From assembly GCA_963696385.1 (NCBI GenBank), contig CAVOKF010000007.1:1056001-1120000 (forward strand): DNA of 64,000 nucleotides, in the 5' to 3' direction. Positions 51,880-63,099 of the stretch are shown here, one piece after another. The position numbers were made by a program, and so were the translations under genes. The first letter of the stretch is position 1, and each line of letters begins with the position of its first letter. The notes under the pieces were generated by a model, which was not told where the DNA came from, ran no database searches, and was given only the letters and a program-made list of their open reading frames with translations. The stretch is from an uncultured delta proteobacterium (GTDB lineage: Bacteria > Myxococcota_A > Polyangia > Polyangiales > Polyangiaceae).

Positions 51880-52847
51880 GGGCGGCCCGGGGCCATCGAC
51901 GGTGCGAAGGCCGGCGCGACCGACTCGCGAGTGGGCACGGCGGCCGGCGGCACGCCGAGCTCGCTGGCGACCCGACCCTCGAGCGATTCGTCCGCTTCGG
52001 AGTCGAGCTCTCGACCGTTCACGTAGATCGTCGGCGTTCCCTTCAGCTTCAGTTCCTCGCCCAGAGCGTGATCGTGAGCGACTCGATCTTTGACCTTCGG
52101 CGAGTCCATGTCGGACTTCCACCGGGCGACGTCGAGCTTGAGCATGGTTGCGTACCTCTCGAGATCGGCGTCCTCGAGGTGTTGCTGCCGCTCGAAGAGC
52201 AGATGCTCCATTTGCCAAAATCGGCCCTGCTCGCCCGCCGCGAACGCGGCCCGTGCGGCGGGCTCGCCATGAACGTGGAATGACAGCGTGAAGCTCTTGT
52301 ACACGAGCCGAACCTTGCCGGGATGCGCGGCCAAGACGGCATCGACAAACGGGACCGCCTCGCGACAGTGGGGGCATTCGAAGTCGGCGAACTCCACGAC
52401 CGTGACCGGGGCTTCGTCCGGCCCCTCGGTGGGTGACCCGTCGATGGGGAGCCGCTTGGCGCTCGCGGGGTCGAAGCGCTCCTTGTAGGCGCGGTGAATT
52501 TGCTCTTCCGAGGCGCCCTCTCCGACGGCCTTGGCCACCCACTTTGCCGCCTGAATGCACGCTCCGCACGATCGAGATTCTTTGACGCACTGCGCGACCG
52601 ACACGGGAGTGTTGGCACAAGGAGCGAGCGCCGTTGCGACGACCGAAGACCACTCCCGTCGTTCTCGGGGCGTCATCGCACTGACGTCGACGCCGGGCAA
52701 AACGAGATCGTCGGTCTGGCCCGCTGCGCTCGCGGATTCCGGCACCGGCGACAGACCGCTGCTGGCGCTCGAGTCGCGGCAACCCGACGGAGCGACAAGC
52801 ACGAGCCCGAGCACGACGAAACGGACGAGCGGGCTCGATTTACGCAA
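51876..52847 (-). CDS. DsbA-family thioredoxin-fold lipoprotein (CPHC)
   Basis: Lipobox PSGC, EFADFECPHC, GTPT. Confidence 0.85.
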   Translation of the reverse strand: MRKSSPLVRFVVLGLVLVAPSGCRDSSASSGLSPVPESASAAGQTDDLVLPGVDVSAMTPRERREWSSVVATALAPCANTPVSVAQCVKESRSCGACIQAAKWVAKAVGEGASEEQIHRAYKERFDPASAKRLPIDGSPTEGPDEAPVTVVEFADFECPHCREAVPFVDAVLAAHPGKVRLVYKSFTLSFHVHGEPAARAAFAAGEQGRFWQMEHLLFERQQHLEDADLERYATMLKLDVARWKSDMDSPKVKDRVAHDHALGEELKLKGTPTIYVNGRELDSEADESLEGRVASELGVPPAAVPTRESVAPAFAPSMAPGRP

Positions 52848-53005
52848 GGCTCCGCACGTTTAGCGTTTTTTCAGCGCTCCTACCACCCCGTGTTCGACCC
52901 GACCGCCCGGCGTCGACACTCGCGCCATTTTGGGGCTTGCCCGCTCCGATGGCGGGCCGTCGCCCGTCGCCCAGTGTGGCCAAGCGACGAGCCAACCTCA
53001 CCCGG

Positions 53006-53572
53006 TCAGCCCCCGTTGCGTTCGCGGCAGCCGCTCGCGTACATCCGACCCGCGATGGCACCAATCAAGCCGCCGACCAGCGCCCCGATGATCACGTCGC
53101 TCGGAAAGTGTGCGCCGAGGTAGATGCGCGACAGCCCGACGAGGCCCGCGACGACGGCAGCCCCCACGGCGATCAGGCGGGCGCGCCAGCCGAGGTCCGG
53201 CCGGAGAGCAGGAAGAGCAACGGCCAAGAACGCGGCGACGCAGAATGTGCCCGCCGCATGCCCGCTCGGAAAGGATCCGTCGTGCGGCATGCCGATCGGC
53301 GGCGACAGGCCGAACGCGAGCCACGGCCGCACCCGGCCGACGAGCCGTTTGATGAGCCAGACGAGCGTCGCCTGAATGACGATGGCCGAGGTCAGCCAGG
53401 CGGCCCACCGGCGGGTGCGACTCGAGCGCATGAAGGGGATCAACGCAGCGAGCGACCACCCGGAACCCGCCATCGTGAAGGCCACCATGGCCGGGCCCCA
53501 TGACCCGTGCATGCCGCCGTAGACCATGTGAAGCAGGCGTAGATCGAAGTCGGCCACGAAAGAGGGCGGCAT
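53006..53572 (-). CDS. PAP2-family phosphatase
   Basis: K..GRVRP, SFPSGH, SRIYLGAHFPSD. Confidence 0.9.
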   Translation of the reverse strand: MPPSFVADFDLRLLHMVYGGMHGSWGPAMVAFTMAGSGWSLAALIPFMRSSRTRRWAAWLTSAIVIQATLVWLIKRLVGRVRPWLAFGLSPPIGMPHDGSFPSGHAAGTFCVAAFLAVALPALRPDLGWRARLIAVGAAVVAGLVGLSRIYLGAHFPSDVIIGALVGGLIGAIAGRMYASGCRERNGG

Positions 53573-53652
53573 TCCTTCGTTCTACCTAGCTCCGCCGGAC
53601 GGCGCCCCCCAGCCTTCCCTTTCCGAAAACGGCGAGGCCACGGCTTCGACAT

Positions 53653-55248
53653 TCACCCCTTGCGCCGTCGTCGTCGGACGAGCGATGCCGCCGTAATCCC
53701 AAAGAGCCCCAAGGCGGCCGACGATCCGACCGGCATTCCCACGGCTTCGAGGGCACAAAAGCCGCCGCCGGCCTGACCCCCGGCATTTCGGTAGATCGCA
53801 AAAAAATCATTCACGGGAGCGGGGTAGTTGCAGGTTGTCGTCGTCTGCGGCGATGGCGGGCCGACGTTTCCCGAATTGTCGACCGCAGCGACGGCCACGG
53901 CATAATTCTGATTGTTCACGAGGCCGGGAATGTTGTAGGTGGCCTGCGTTTCGCCGGTGATCGTCGTGGTATAGGCATTGTATACAGGCGACCCAGAGGG
54001 GCAGTTCTGGAGGCCCCCAAGAGCGTATTGACAGGGAATCGTGGCAATGCCGCCGGTGCCCGTCGCGACACCACTATCCACCTCGACCTGATCGCTCGCG
54101 TCGTCCAAGACGACCGAGGCGACACCGCCGTCTTCAACGATGGCACCGCTGTCTTGCACGATGGCACCGCCGAGAACGCTGGTCGCGCAGCCCCCCGCAC
54201 TCTCTGTCGGAGCAACGTTGACCGTATAGCAAACGAGACTGGAACTGGAACCGGTGCTGGAACTGGAACCGGAAGACATCGTCGCGTCACTGCTCGCGTC
54301 GTCGTCAACGCTTTCATCGCTGACGTCGCTGACACTGGTTGCGTCGCCGACGTCGCCGACATTGGTTGCGTCGCTGACGTCGCTGCCACTGGTTGCGTCG
54401 CTGACGCTTGCCCCGCTCGCCGACGCTGCGCTGTCGGTCACAGTGGTGCTGCCATCCGGGCATATGGTTTCGGTGACTACGGACGGCGTTGCCGCTGCGC
54501 CGGGCGGTGGATCAATGAAGATGTCGTAGCCCAACGTGTCCGTGTCGGAATTCGCCGTCCACGTGGGAATGAGGACCATGTCGCCGGCGCCCACGTTGAC
54601 GTTGGTCGGCGGAGGGGGCCCTACGAGATCGGCGTTGACCGTGACGGAATACGACGTGCCGTTCGAATCGGCGGTCCCACCCGGGGCAATCGGTATGAAA
54701 TACAGAGTGATCGTCACGGCGGCATACGAAGGCTGCGCGGTGCACGCGGATGGGCCCTCGTGCACGAGCACCGGGGGATTCGGTGGCGATTGCTGCGGTC
54801 CCACGAGATCCTGGACGCGGATCGCGAAAGATTTGGTCGTCTGACTGATAACCGTTGGGCCAAACCCCCCATTGACCAACCAACAGGTCGGCACAGCGAC
54901 ACCCAAGTCTTCACCGACCTCGCTGGGACAGCTCCCGTTAACCGTGGCCCAGATCTGCATCCCGTCCGAGTTGTTGTTGCCGAAATTATTCAGATAGACG
55001 TTGTACTCCAGCGTCATGTCATTGATGCAGTCGGAGTAATTCACGCCGTAGGGGTTCAGACCGGCCGGGCGCGTCGACTGTCCGAGAGATTGGTTACCGA
55101 TGTAACGGTTGGGCACGGTTTGCTCGCCCGCCGTAATCGACGGCCCCGTAGCCGTTGTCGCAGCCGTCTGTGCGCGCCCGGCTCCGCTTGCAAGGAGCAC
55201 CGCAATCGCAGAGCTCGCGACCAGAAGCTTACGCGTGCGGTGAAACAT
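53653..55248 (-). CDS. Secreted Fn3-like surface protein with MYXO-CTERM-like anchor
   Basis: Signal peptide, GLVNNQNYAVAVAAVDNSGN, and C-terminal GGFC-TM-RRRRR. Ser/Asp-rich repeat insert. Confidence 0.7.
   Translation of the reverse strand: MFHRTRKLLVASSAIAVLLASGAGRAQTAATTATGPSITAGEQTVPNRYIGNQSLGQSTRPAGLNPYGVNYSDCINDMTLEYNVYLNNFGNNNSDGMQIWATVNGSCPSEVGEDLGVAVPTCWLVNGGFGPTVISQTTKSFAIRVQDLVGPQQSPPNPPVLVHEGPSACTAQPSYAAVTITLYFIPIAPGGTADSNGTSYSVTVNADLVGPPPPTNVNVGAGDMVLIPTWTANSDTDTLGYDIFIDPPPGAAATPSVVTETICPDGSTTVTDSAASASGASVSDATSGSDVSDATNVGDVGDATSVSDVSDESVDDDASSDATMSSGSSSSTGSSSSLVCYTVNVAPTESAGGCATSVLGGAIVQDSGAIVEDGGVASVVLDDASDQVEVDSGVATGTGGIATIPCQYALGGLQNCPSGSPVYNAYTTTITGETQATYNIPGLVNNQNYAVAVAAVDNSGNVGPPSPQTTTTCNYPAPVNDFFAIYRNAGGQAGGGFCALEAVGMPVGSSAALGLFGITAASLVRRRRRKG
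54318..54408 (-). repeat. 27-bp degenerate tandem repeat encoding (S/G)DAT...DV
   Basis: Recurrent TGGTTGCGTCGC unit at 27-bp spacing. Confidence 0.75.
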
Positions 55249-55423
55249 AGTCGGCCAAGTATAAGCATCGGGCGTGCCGTGCGCCCTCGCTGCGAGGAGC
55301 CGGGTTGCAAGGGAAAGAGGGCGGCTCGTGGCGCCAACTTGTCAGGTGCCCGGTAACCCCCGTCGCGCGGATGCCAAAATGGCAAGGGCGCCTGCGACGC
55401 GGCTGCTAGCGTGCGCGAACCCG

Positions 55424-57046
55424 GTGACGACAGCACGAGGCGAACGGAACAACGCGCGACCGCTCGGCGAGCGCGTGCAGGACCCCGGCTTCACGCCGAG
55501 CGTGCGCGACGTCGAGGCTCTCGTGGACCTGCTGGCCGATGACGCGCTGGCCAAGGCTGCCGAGCGAGCCATCGGGCGCGTCGGAGCGGCCGCCTTGCCC
55601 GTTCTTCGCGCGCGTTTGGACCGTGCTCGAGCGCCGAGCCGCGCCCGCATCGCGCGCGCGGTGGGAAGGGTCGCGGCCCAGAGTGGAGCCGAAGACGCCA
55701 TCGCCGTCCTTGTGGCGGCTCTTCGCGATACCGACCCGAAGACGCGTCGAAATGCGGCGATCGCTCTCGGACACGTGCGAGCCGGCGGCGTCGAAGACGC
55801 CTTGATGGGCGCCTGGGAAGCCGACACCCGGCCGGAGATGCGGCGCACTCTCGCGGCGTCGCTCGGCAAGGTCGGGACTCCCCGCGCTCTCGCGATCCTC
55901 GAGGGAGCGTCGCGCGCGGCGGACGCGGAGCTCGCCCGCATCGCGCAGCGCTCGGCGATGATGATTGCGCGCACCGCCTCGCGGGTGGCGGGGCCCGCGC
56001 CACGCATCGACGCGTCACGGCCCGCTTCGCAACCTCTGGCGGTCATGGCGCTGTCTCGCACCGGCCTCGAGGACTTGCTCGCGGAAGAGATGGCTCGAAT
56101 CACGAGCGTCAAACAGGTTCGAGTGGTCGGGCCCGGTCGCGTGCAGGCACAGCTCTATGGTCCGATGCAGGCGCTTTTCGAGGCCCGCACGATGCTCGCG
56201 TTCCACTTCCCTCTGGAATTCGAACGCGTCCGAGACGGAGAGACGCAGGCCGACGCGATCGCCCGAGCGGCCTCGAGCGACATCGCCCGAGCTGTATGGT
56301 CCACGTGGACCCCGGGCCCGGTCCGTTATCGGATCGCCTGGGCCGAGGGCGGGCACATGCGCAGAGCCACGTGGGACGCCGTGAGCGTGCTCGCTCGACG
56401 CAGCCCCGATCTCGTCAACGATCCCACCGCGTCGATCTGGGAGTTGGTCGTCCATGCCGCTGAACACGGCCTAGAGATCGCGATCGCGCCTCGGGCGCTC
56501 GACGATCCGCGCTTCACGTGGCGCCGCGAGGTCGTGCCCGCGGCATCGCATCCCACCGTGGCCGCCGCGCTGGCTCGGGTCGCGGGAGCTCGTGCGGACG
56601 ATGTCGTCTGGGACCCTTTCGTCGGCTCGGGGGCCGAGCTGGTCGAGAGAGCACGCCTCGGGCCATTTCGATCGCTGCTCGGTACGGACGTGGACGCTCG
56701 CGCACTTTCGGCCGCGCGCAAAAACCTCCTCGCGGCGGGTGTCGAGGCGACCCTCGAGCGGGCGGACTCCGCGGTCTTCAGGCCTGCGCTCCTGACCCTC
56801 GTGATCACGAACCCTCCCATGGGGCGAAGGGCGTCGCGGGGACCCGGTTTGGCCGACATGCTCGACCGCTTCGTAGCCAACGCGGCTTCGGCCCTTCGTC
56901 CGGGCGGACGCCTGGTCTGGATCGCCCCGTCGCCGCGCCGATCGCGACTCGCTGCGACCCGATCGGGCCTCGAACTCGAATGGGCACGCACGGTCGACAT
57001 GGGCGGATTCGACGCCGAGCTGCAGAAGTGGTCGAAGCCCGGATAG
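55424..57046 (+). CDS. HEAT-repeat protein fused to RlmL/Trm11-like amino-methyltransferase
   Basis: HEAT repeats (RRNAAIALG), then HPTVAAAL, WDPFVGSG, TNPPMG. Start 55424 or 55379. Confidence 0.75.
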   Translation: MTTARGERNNARPLGERVQDPGFTPSVRDVEALVDLLADDALAKAAERAIGRVGAAALPVLRARLDRARAPSRARIARAVGRVAAQSGAEDAIAVLVAALRDTDPKTRRNAAIALGHVRAGGVEDALMGAWEADTRPEMRRTLAASLGKVGTPRALAILEGASRAADAELARIAQRSAMMIARTASRVAGPAPRIDASRPASQPLAVMALSRTGLEDLLAEEMARITSVKQVRVVGPGRVQAQLYGPMQALFEARTMLAFHFPLEFERVRDGETQADAIARAASSDIARAVWSTWTPGPVRYRIAWAEGGHMRRATWDAVSVLARRSPDLVNDPTASIWELVVHAAEHGLEIAIAPRALDDPRFTWRREVVPAASHPTVAAALARVAGARADDVVWDPFVGSGAELVERARLGPFRSLLGTDVDARALSAARKNLLAAGVEATLERADSAVFRPALLTLVITNPPMGRRASRGPGLADMLDRFVANAASALRPGGRLVWIAPSPRRSRLAATRSGLELEWARTVDMGGFDAELQKWSKPG

Positions 57047-57064
57047 GGGGTACAACCAGCCGGG

Positions 57065-58492
57065 TCAGGCTACGGCGGGGCGAAGCGACGGGTGCTGCGC
57101 GCGCTTGGCGAGAAAATCGATGACGTCGATCTTCGTGACGATGCCGACGAGATCGTCGCCCTCCTGGACGATCGCGATCTTTGCGTCGGCCAGAATGCCC
57201 TGCAAGAGTTCAATTTTGGTATTTTGAGTGACAGTCGCATAATCGTTTTCGATCAGGTCGCCGATGGGCGTTTCGGGCGTCCTGCCGCCGGCGACCAACG
57301 CGCGCAAGAGGTCCACCTCCGCGACGATGCCGCGCAGCTTTCCGTTTTGGACGACCGGCAGCTGGCTGATTCCAAGCGTCTTCAGGCGATCGATGACTTC
57401 GCGCAGCGTGTCGCCGGGCTCGGCGGTGACGAGCGGTCGCTTCTCGCGGCTCGACAGGACGTCGCGGACCGTCCCGAGCCCCGGCGAATCGTCGAGAAAG
57501 CCGTTTTCGCGCATCCAGTCGTCGTTGAAAATCTTCGAGAGATACTTGTGGCCGGCATCCGCGAGAAACACCAGAATTCGGGCGGGCCTGCCCGCGACGC
57601 GATCGGCCCCCCGATCGGCGAGAGAGCGCGCAACCTTGAGTGCTCCGGCGACCGCCGCGCCGCCCGATCCGCCGACGAACAGACCCTCGAGACGCGTCAG
57701 GTCCCGGGTCATCAGAAAGCACTCCTTGTCGTCGACGCGCACGACGTCGTCCAAGATTGCAAGGTTCATCGTCGTCGGAAAAAAATCCTCGCCGATCCCT
57801 TCGACCTTGTACGCGAAGGCCTTCGTGACCCTGCCCGTCTTGACGAAATCGTAATAAAGCGAGCCCACCGGATCGATCCCGACGATCCGGATTCCCGGCT
57901 TCTTCTCGCGGAGAAACCTACCGGTGCCGCTCAACGTGCCGCCCGTCCCCATGCCGGCGCAGAAAACCTCGAAATCACCTCCGGTCTGCTCCCATATTTC
58001 GGGGCCACTCGACAGGTAGTGCGCCTCGGGATTGGCCGGATTATGGTATTGGTCGGCGTAAAAGCAATTCGGCGTCTCGCGCGCGATGCGCTGGGCCACT
58101 TGATAATAGCTCCGCGGATCGTCGGGCTCGACCGCGGTCGGGCACACGACGACCCGGGCCCCGAACGCGCGCAGGTGGCTTATCTTCTCCTGGCTCATCT
58201 TGTCGGGCATCACGAATACGCAGCGATACCCGCGAATCGCCGCGAGCAGTGCCAGCGATGCCCCCGTGTTGCCGCTGGTGGCCTCGACGATCGTCCCGCC
58301 CGGAGCGAGCCCGGCGCTTTCGGCACGACGCAGCATGTTGGCCGCCAAGCGGTCCTTGTGACTGCCGCCGGGATTGAGAAATTCACACTTGACGTAAATC
58401 TCGACCGACAGCCCGGCGGTGATTCGGTTGAGCCGTACGATCGGCGTATGCCCCACCGCTTGGCTGATGTCCTCGATAGAGCCTTGCATCAT
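57065..58492 (-). CDS. Cystathionine beta-synthase with C-terminal CBS pair
   Basis: KCEFLNPGGSHKDR, ATSGNTG, GTGGT, KYLSKIFNDDW, CBS domains. Confidence 0.85.
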   Translation of the reverse strand: MMQGSIEDISQAVGHTPIVRLNRITAGLSVEIYVKCEFLNPGGSHKDRLAANMLRRAESAGLAPGGTIVEATSGNTGASLALLAAIRGYRCVFVMPDKMSQEKISHLRAFGARVVVCPTAVEPDDPRSYYQVAQRIARETPNCFYADQYHNPANPEAHYLSSGPEIWEQTGGDFEVFCAGMGTGGTLSGTGRFLREKKPGIRIVGIDPVGSLYYDFVKTGRVTKAFAYKVEGIGEDFFPTTMNLAILDDVVRVDDKECFLMTRDLTRLEGLFVGGSGGAAVAGALKVARSLADRGADRVAGRPARILVFLADAGHKYLSKIFNDDWMRENGFLDDSPGLGTVRDVLSSREKRPLVTAEPGDTLREVIDRLKTLGISQLPVVQNGKLRGIVAEVDLLRALVAGGRTPETPIGDLIENDYATVTQNTKIELLQGILADAKIAIVQEGDDLVGIVTKIDVIDFLAKRAQHPSLRPAVA

Positions 58493-59199
58493 GTGGACCT
58501 CGGGCGCGCTGGCGCGTCGGCGGTCCTGCCATAGCTGCTCGCGGCGATGGCCGCGAGCATCCTTCCGCTGGTGGCTCCGTCGCGTCGGAACGAATGAAAG
58601 CGATCGGCTTCGTGTCTCGTGCACCCCGGTACGTCGTCGACCGACGCAGGGTCGACGCCGAGCGCCCGAAGCTGAGCTCGGACGGCAACGCGCAGGTCGA
58701 CGAACGCCTTGTCTCCGGCGACCCGCACGACCGCGTCCATTCCCGGGCAGGCGCGCGCGATCTCCGCGGCCACGTCGCGGCCCACCTCGAAGCAGCACGG
58801 GCCGATGCACGGACCGATCGCGACGACCGGCGCGCTCCCGCTCAGGCGCTCGAGAGCCGATCGCAGAACCCCGGCGACGATCCCTCGCCATCCGGCATGG
58901 ATCGCAGCGACGTCGCCCGAAGCCCGGTCGCCGACGAGAACCGGCACGCAATCCGCGACACGCACGCCGACGGCGATCGGGGCGGGTGTGGCACGACCGG
59001 CCGAGCGACCGATGATCGCATCCGCTTCCGTCGTGCCGACATCGAACGCCTCGATGGCGTGCGCGCCGTGCACCTGCTTTGCTTGAGCCACGGCATCGAC
59101 ACCGAGCGCCCGCAAGAGGTCCGCGTCAACGGTCCCGCGCTGCGGAAAAGCGTGGGCGAATCCTGCTTCTGAGAGCCGGCTCGATCGCAAAACCACCAT
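58489..59199 (-). CDS. pgeF: PgeF/YfiH-family protein
   Basis: QVHG, VADCVPV, HAGWRG, GPCIGPCCFEV, SFRR. Confidence 0.9.
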   Translation of the reverse strand: MVVLRSSRLSEAGFAHAFPQRGTVDADLLRALGVDAVAQAKQVHGAHAIEAFDVGTTEADAIIGRSAGRATPAPIAVGVRVADCVPVLVGDRASGDVAAIHAGWRGIVAGVLRSALERLSGSAPVVAIGPCIGPCCFEVGRDVAAEIARACPGMDAVVRVAGDKAFVDLRVAVRAQLRALGVDPASVDDVPGCTRHEADRFHSFRRDGATSGRMLAAIAASSYGRTADAPARPRST

Positions 59200-59266
59200 G
59201 GTGGAGCGATGATGCCTCGCGCCGCCACGTATCGCAAAACGACCGTGGTGGATCGATGATGCCTCG
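59184..59266. repeat. 36-bp direct repeat x2 (33/36 identical, 47-bp period)
   Basis: ATCGCAAAACCACCATGGTGGAGCGATGATGCCTCG at 59184 and ATCGCAAAACGACCGTGGTGGATCGATGATGCCTCG at 59231. Confidence 0.9.
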
Positions 59267-59300
59267 AGCCGACTCGTGGTACCAATTTCGTCCAGACGGC

Positions 59301-60473
<1,173 letters not shown>

Positions 60474-60552
60474 ACGGCCGGGCCGACCCCTCGCGCGCAA
60501 CACACACGACGACGACGGTCCCCGCCACGGAATTCGCGCTACGCTGCCCCCC

Positions 60553-61932
60553 ATGGCCACGCGTTCGCGAAGGTCCCCGCAAGACCCCGCCGACACGCTC
60601 TTCGGCACCGTCGCGAAGACCGTTTCCTCGCGAGACGGCGTGCCGCTCGCCGAGCGCATGAGGCCCCGCGCACTGCGGGATCTGGTCGGGCAAAGGCACT
60701 TGCTCGGTCCGCAATCCGTGCTCGCGCTCGCGATCACGGCCGACCGTTTGCGGTCGGTCATCCTTTGGGGGCCGCCGGGCACGGGCAAGACGACCCTCGC
60801 GCGTGTCATCTCGACGCACACCCAATCGCAGTTCGTTCCGTTCAGTGCCGTGCTCGGCAACGTGGGCGACCTGCGCGAAATCGTCCTGGCGGCGCGGGAT
60901 CGGCTCGCGTTTCACCAGCAGCGCACGATCGTGTTCGTCGACGAGATCCACCGCTTCAACAAAGCTCAGCAAGATGCGTTTTTGCCTCACGTGGAAGACG
61001 GGACCATCACGCTCATCGGCGCCACGACCGAAAACCCGAGTTTTGCGGTGAACGCGGCTCTCTTATCGCGATGCCACGTGTTTCGATTGGATCCTCTGAC
61101 CCCAGAGGATCTGGTGGAGATCCTCAGGCGCGCTCTGCAGGACCAAGCAGGCGGTTTGGGGGCTCGGCATTGGGTCGCGGACGACGACGCGCTCCTCGCG
61201 ATGGCTCGAGCGGCCGACGGAGACGCGCGGCGCGCGCTATCGATGCTGGAAAGGGTGGCCGACAGGCTGTCTCCCGCCGATGGCGCGCGCATTTCGCTCG
61301 ACAGCGTCCGGGCGACCGAGAGCCACCAGCCGCTACGCTACGACAAGAGCGGCGAAGAGCACTACAACGTCGTCAGCGCATTCATCAAGTCGATGCGCGG
61401 CAGCGACCCGGACGCGGCCATCTACTGGATGATGCGAATGCTGGAGGCCGGCGACGATCCCCTCTTCGTGTCGCGCCGCATGCTCATTTTCGCGAGCGAA
61501 GACATCGGAAATGCCGACCCCCAGGCCATCCTTGTCGCCGTCGCGGCGGACGCGGTCCTTCGACGGGTGGGGATGCCCGAGGCGACGTATGCTCTGGCGC
61601 AGGCATGCACCCACCTGGCGACGGCGCCGAAATCGAATGCGGCCAACGCGGCTTGGCACAAGGCCCGGGAGCTCATCGAGCGTCACGGCGCTCTGCCGGT
61701 ACCCACGAGGCTGCGCAATGCCGTCACGCCGCTGATGAGACAAGAGGGATACGGGCAGGGCTACCGCTACGCACACCACTTCGAAGGGGGCGTGGTTCCT
61801 GGGGAGACCTACCTGCCCGAAGCCATCGACGGCACCATCCTGTATGAACCGACCGACCGCGGCGACGAAGCGCCCATCCGCGAGCGTGTCGCCGCCCTTC
61901 GCGCCGCGCACTCCAAAGCTCGTTCAACCTAG
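60553..61932 (+). CDS. rarA: Replication-associated recombination protein A
   Basis: PLAERMRP, GPPGTGKT, DEIHRFNKAQQD, SAFIKSMRGSDPD, SEDIGNAD. Confidence 0.95.
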   Translation: MATRSRRSPQDPADTLFGTVAKTVSSRDGVPLAERMRPRALRDLVGQRHLLGPQSVLALAITADRLRSVILWGPPGTGKTTLARVISTHTQSQFVPFSAVLGNVGDLREIVLAARDRLAFHQQRTIVFVDEIHRFNKAQQDAFLPHVEDGTITLIGATTENPSFAVNAALLSRCHVFRLDPLTPEDLVEILRRALQDQAGGLGARHWVADDDALLAMARAADGDARRALSMLERVADRLSPADGARISLDSVRATESHQPLRYDKSGEEHYNVVSAFIKSMRGSDPDAAIYWMMRMLEAGDDPLFVSRRMLIFASEDIGNADPQAILVAVAADAVLRRVGMPEATYALAQACTHLATAPKSNAANAAWHKARELIERHGALPVPTRLRNAVTPLMRQEGYGQGYRYAHHFEGGVVPGETYLPEAIDGTILYEPTDRGDEAPIRERVAALRAAHSKARST

Positions 61933-62235
61933 CGCCCCGAGGGCCGCTCGAAGCTCGGCGACGGCGTGATCGTCTCGTTTGGTTGTCGCCACCTCGATCC
62001 CCGCAGAAAGCCAAGCACGCGCCTGGTCGAGGCGCCCGAGCGACTCGAGCACTTGGCCGCACATCAGATACATGGGGGTGTAATCCGGAGTCCGGCCCCG
62101 AAGCGCCTCGAACGTGGCGACGGCCTCCTCGAGCCGCGACAGGCTCCGGTACTCCATCGCGAGCCCGTACCACGCGAACGGGTCGTCGCTGCCCGACGAC
62201 GTGACCTTGAGCAGGAAATCGAGCCTTTTTCCCAT
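61924..62235 (-). CDS. Small TPR protein
   Basis: DPFAWYGLAMEY...PDYTPMYLMCGQ. Confidence 0.75.
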   Translation of the reverse strand: MGKRLDFLLKVTSSGSDDPFAWYGLAMEYRSLSRLEEAVATFEALRGRTPDYTPMYLMCGQVLESLGRLDQARAWLSAGIEVATTKRDDHAVAELRAALGALG

Positions 62236-62283
62236 GACCCCGCGCAAATAGCACGGCCGTTCGATGGGGGTATCATCGTGGCT

Positions 62284-63099
62284 ATGCCATCCTGTCCGGC
62301 CTGCGGCGGCCCACGCGCCAATCCGGACGCCCCGTGCGCGTCGTGCGGAGCGCCCGTAGAGGGCACTCCCCCGACGGGGGGGCTCGAGCTGGATATCCCG
62401 CTGAGACCCGCTCCCGCACGAACGAGCCCACGTCAGAGCGCGCCTGAAATGTCGTTCGATCTGGCGTTCGATCCGCGCTCGTTGACGGTCGAGGTGCCTG
62501 CCGCTCCAACGGCTCGCGTCGTCGTCGAAGCGCCGGCCACGTCTTTCGCCCCGCGAACGGCTCTCGGCCCTGCGGGCTCGATCGCCGACGACGTTTCGGC
62601 CGATGCACGCTTGCTCGGGGACTACGGAGAGCCGCCCATGCGCTGGATGCAAACGGCGTTGTACGCCTGGCGTGTATACCGCCGGCGACGCGAACTGCGG
62701 CAGTCGCTGGCCGTCCGCCGGCAGGAGGTGGCCGAGGCGCAGGCCGAGCTGGAGAGCGCGCTCGTGGGCTTCGCGGATCAAGCCCGACCGATTTTCGAGG
62801 ATCACCCTGCTTACGCGGAAGCCGTCGATCAACTTCGACGCGCCGAGGATGTGCTCGATGCGCGCATTCGCGTATTGGCGGCCGAGAACGAGGCGGACGC
62901 CGCCCGGCTTGCGTCCATGGATGCGCGCATCGCGAAGCTCGAGGCCGAGACGCAACAGGCTCGCCATGAAGAACGCCTGGCGGCCACCGAACTTGCGGAG
63001 GCTCAGGCCGAACTCGGACGGGAGGAGCTTCTCCTGAAGCGCGCCGAATCCGAACGCCGGGCCGCACGGCATCGGCAACCAGACCGGACGAGCGAATGA
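62284..63099 (+). CDS. Zn-ribbon + coiled-coil hypothetical protein
   Basis: CPACG...CASCG N-terminus and long heptad C-terminus; ATGA overlap with the downstream kinase. Confidence 0.65.
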   Translation: MPSCPACGGPRANPDAPCASCGAPVEGTPPTGGLELDIPLRPAPARTSPRQSAPEMSFDLAFDPRSLTVEVPAAPTARVVVEAPATSFAPRTALGPAGSIADDVSADARLLGDYGEPPMRWMQTALYAWRVYRRRRELRQSLAVRRQEVAEAQAELESALVGFADQARPIFEDHPAYAEAVDQLRRAEDVLDARIRVLAAENEADAARLASMDARIAKLEAETQQARHEERLAATELAEAQAELGREELLLKRAESERRAARHRQPDRTSE

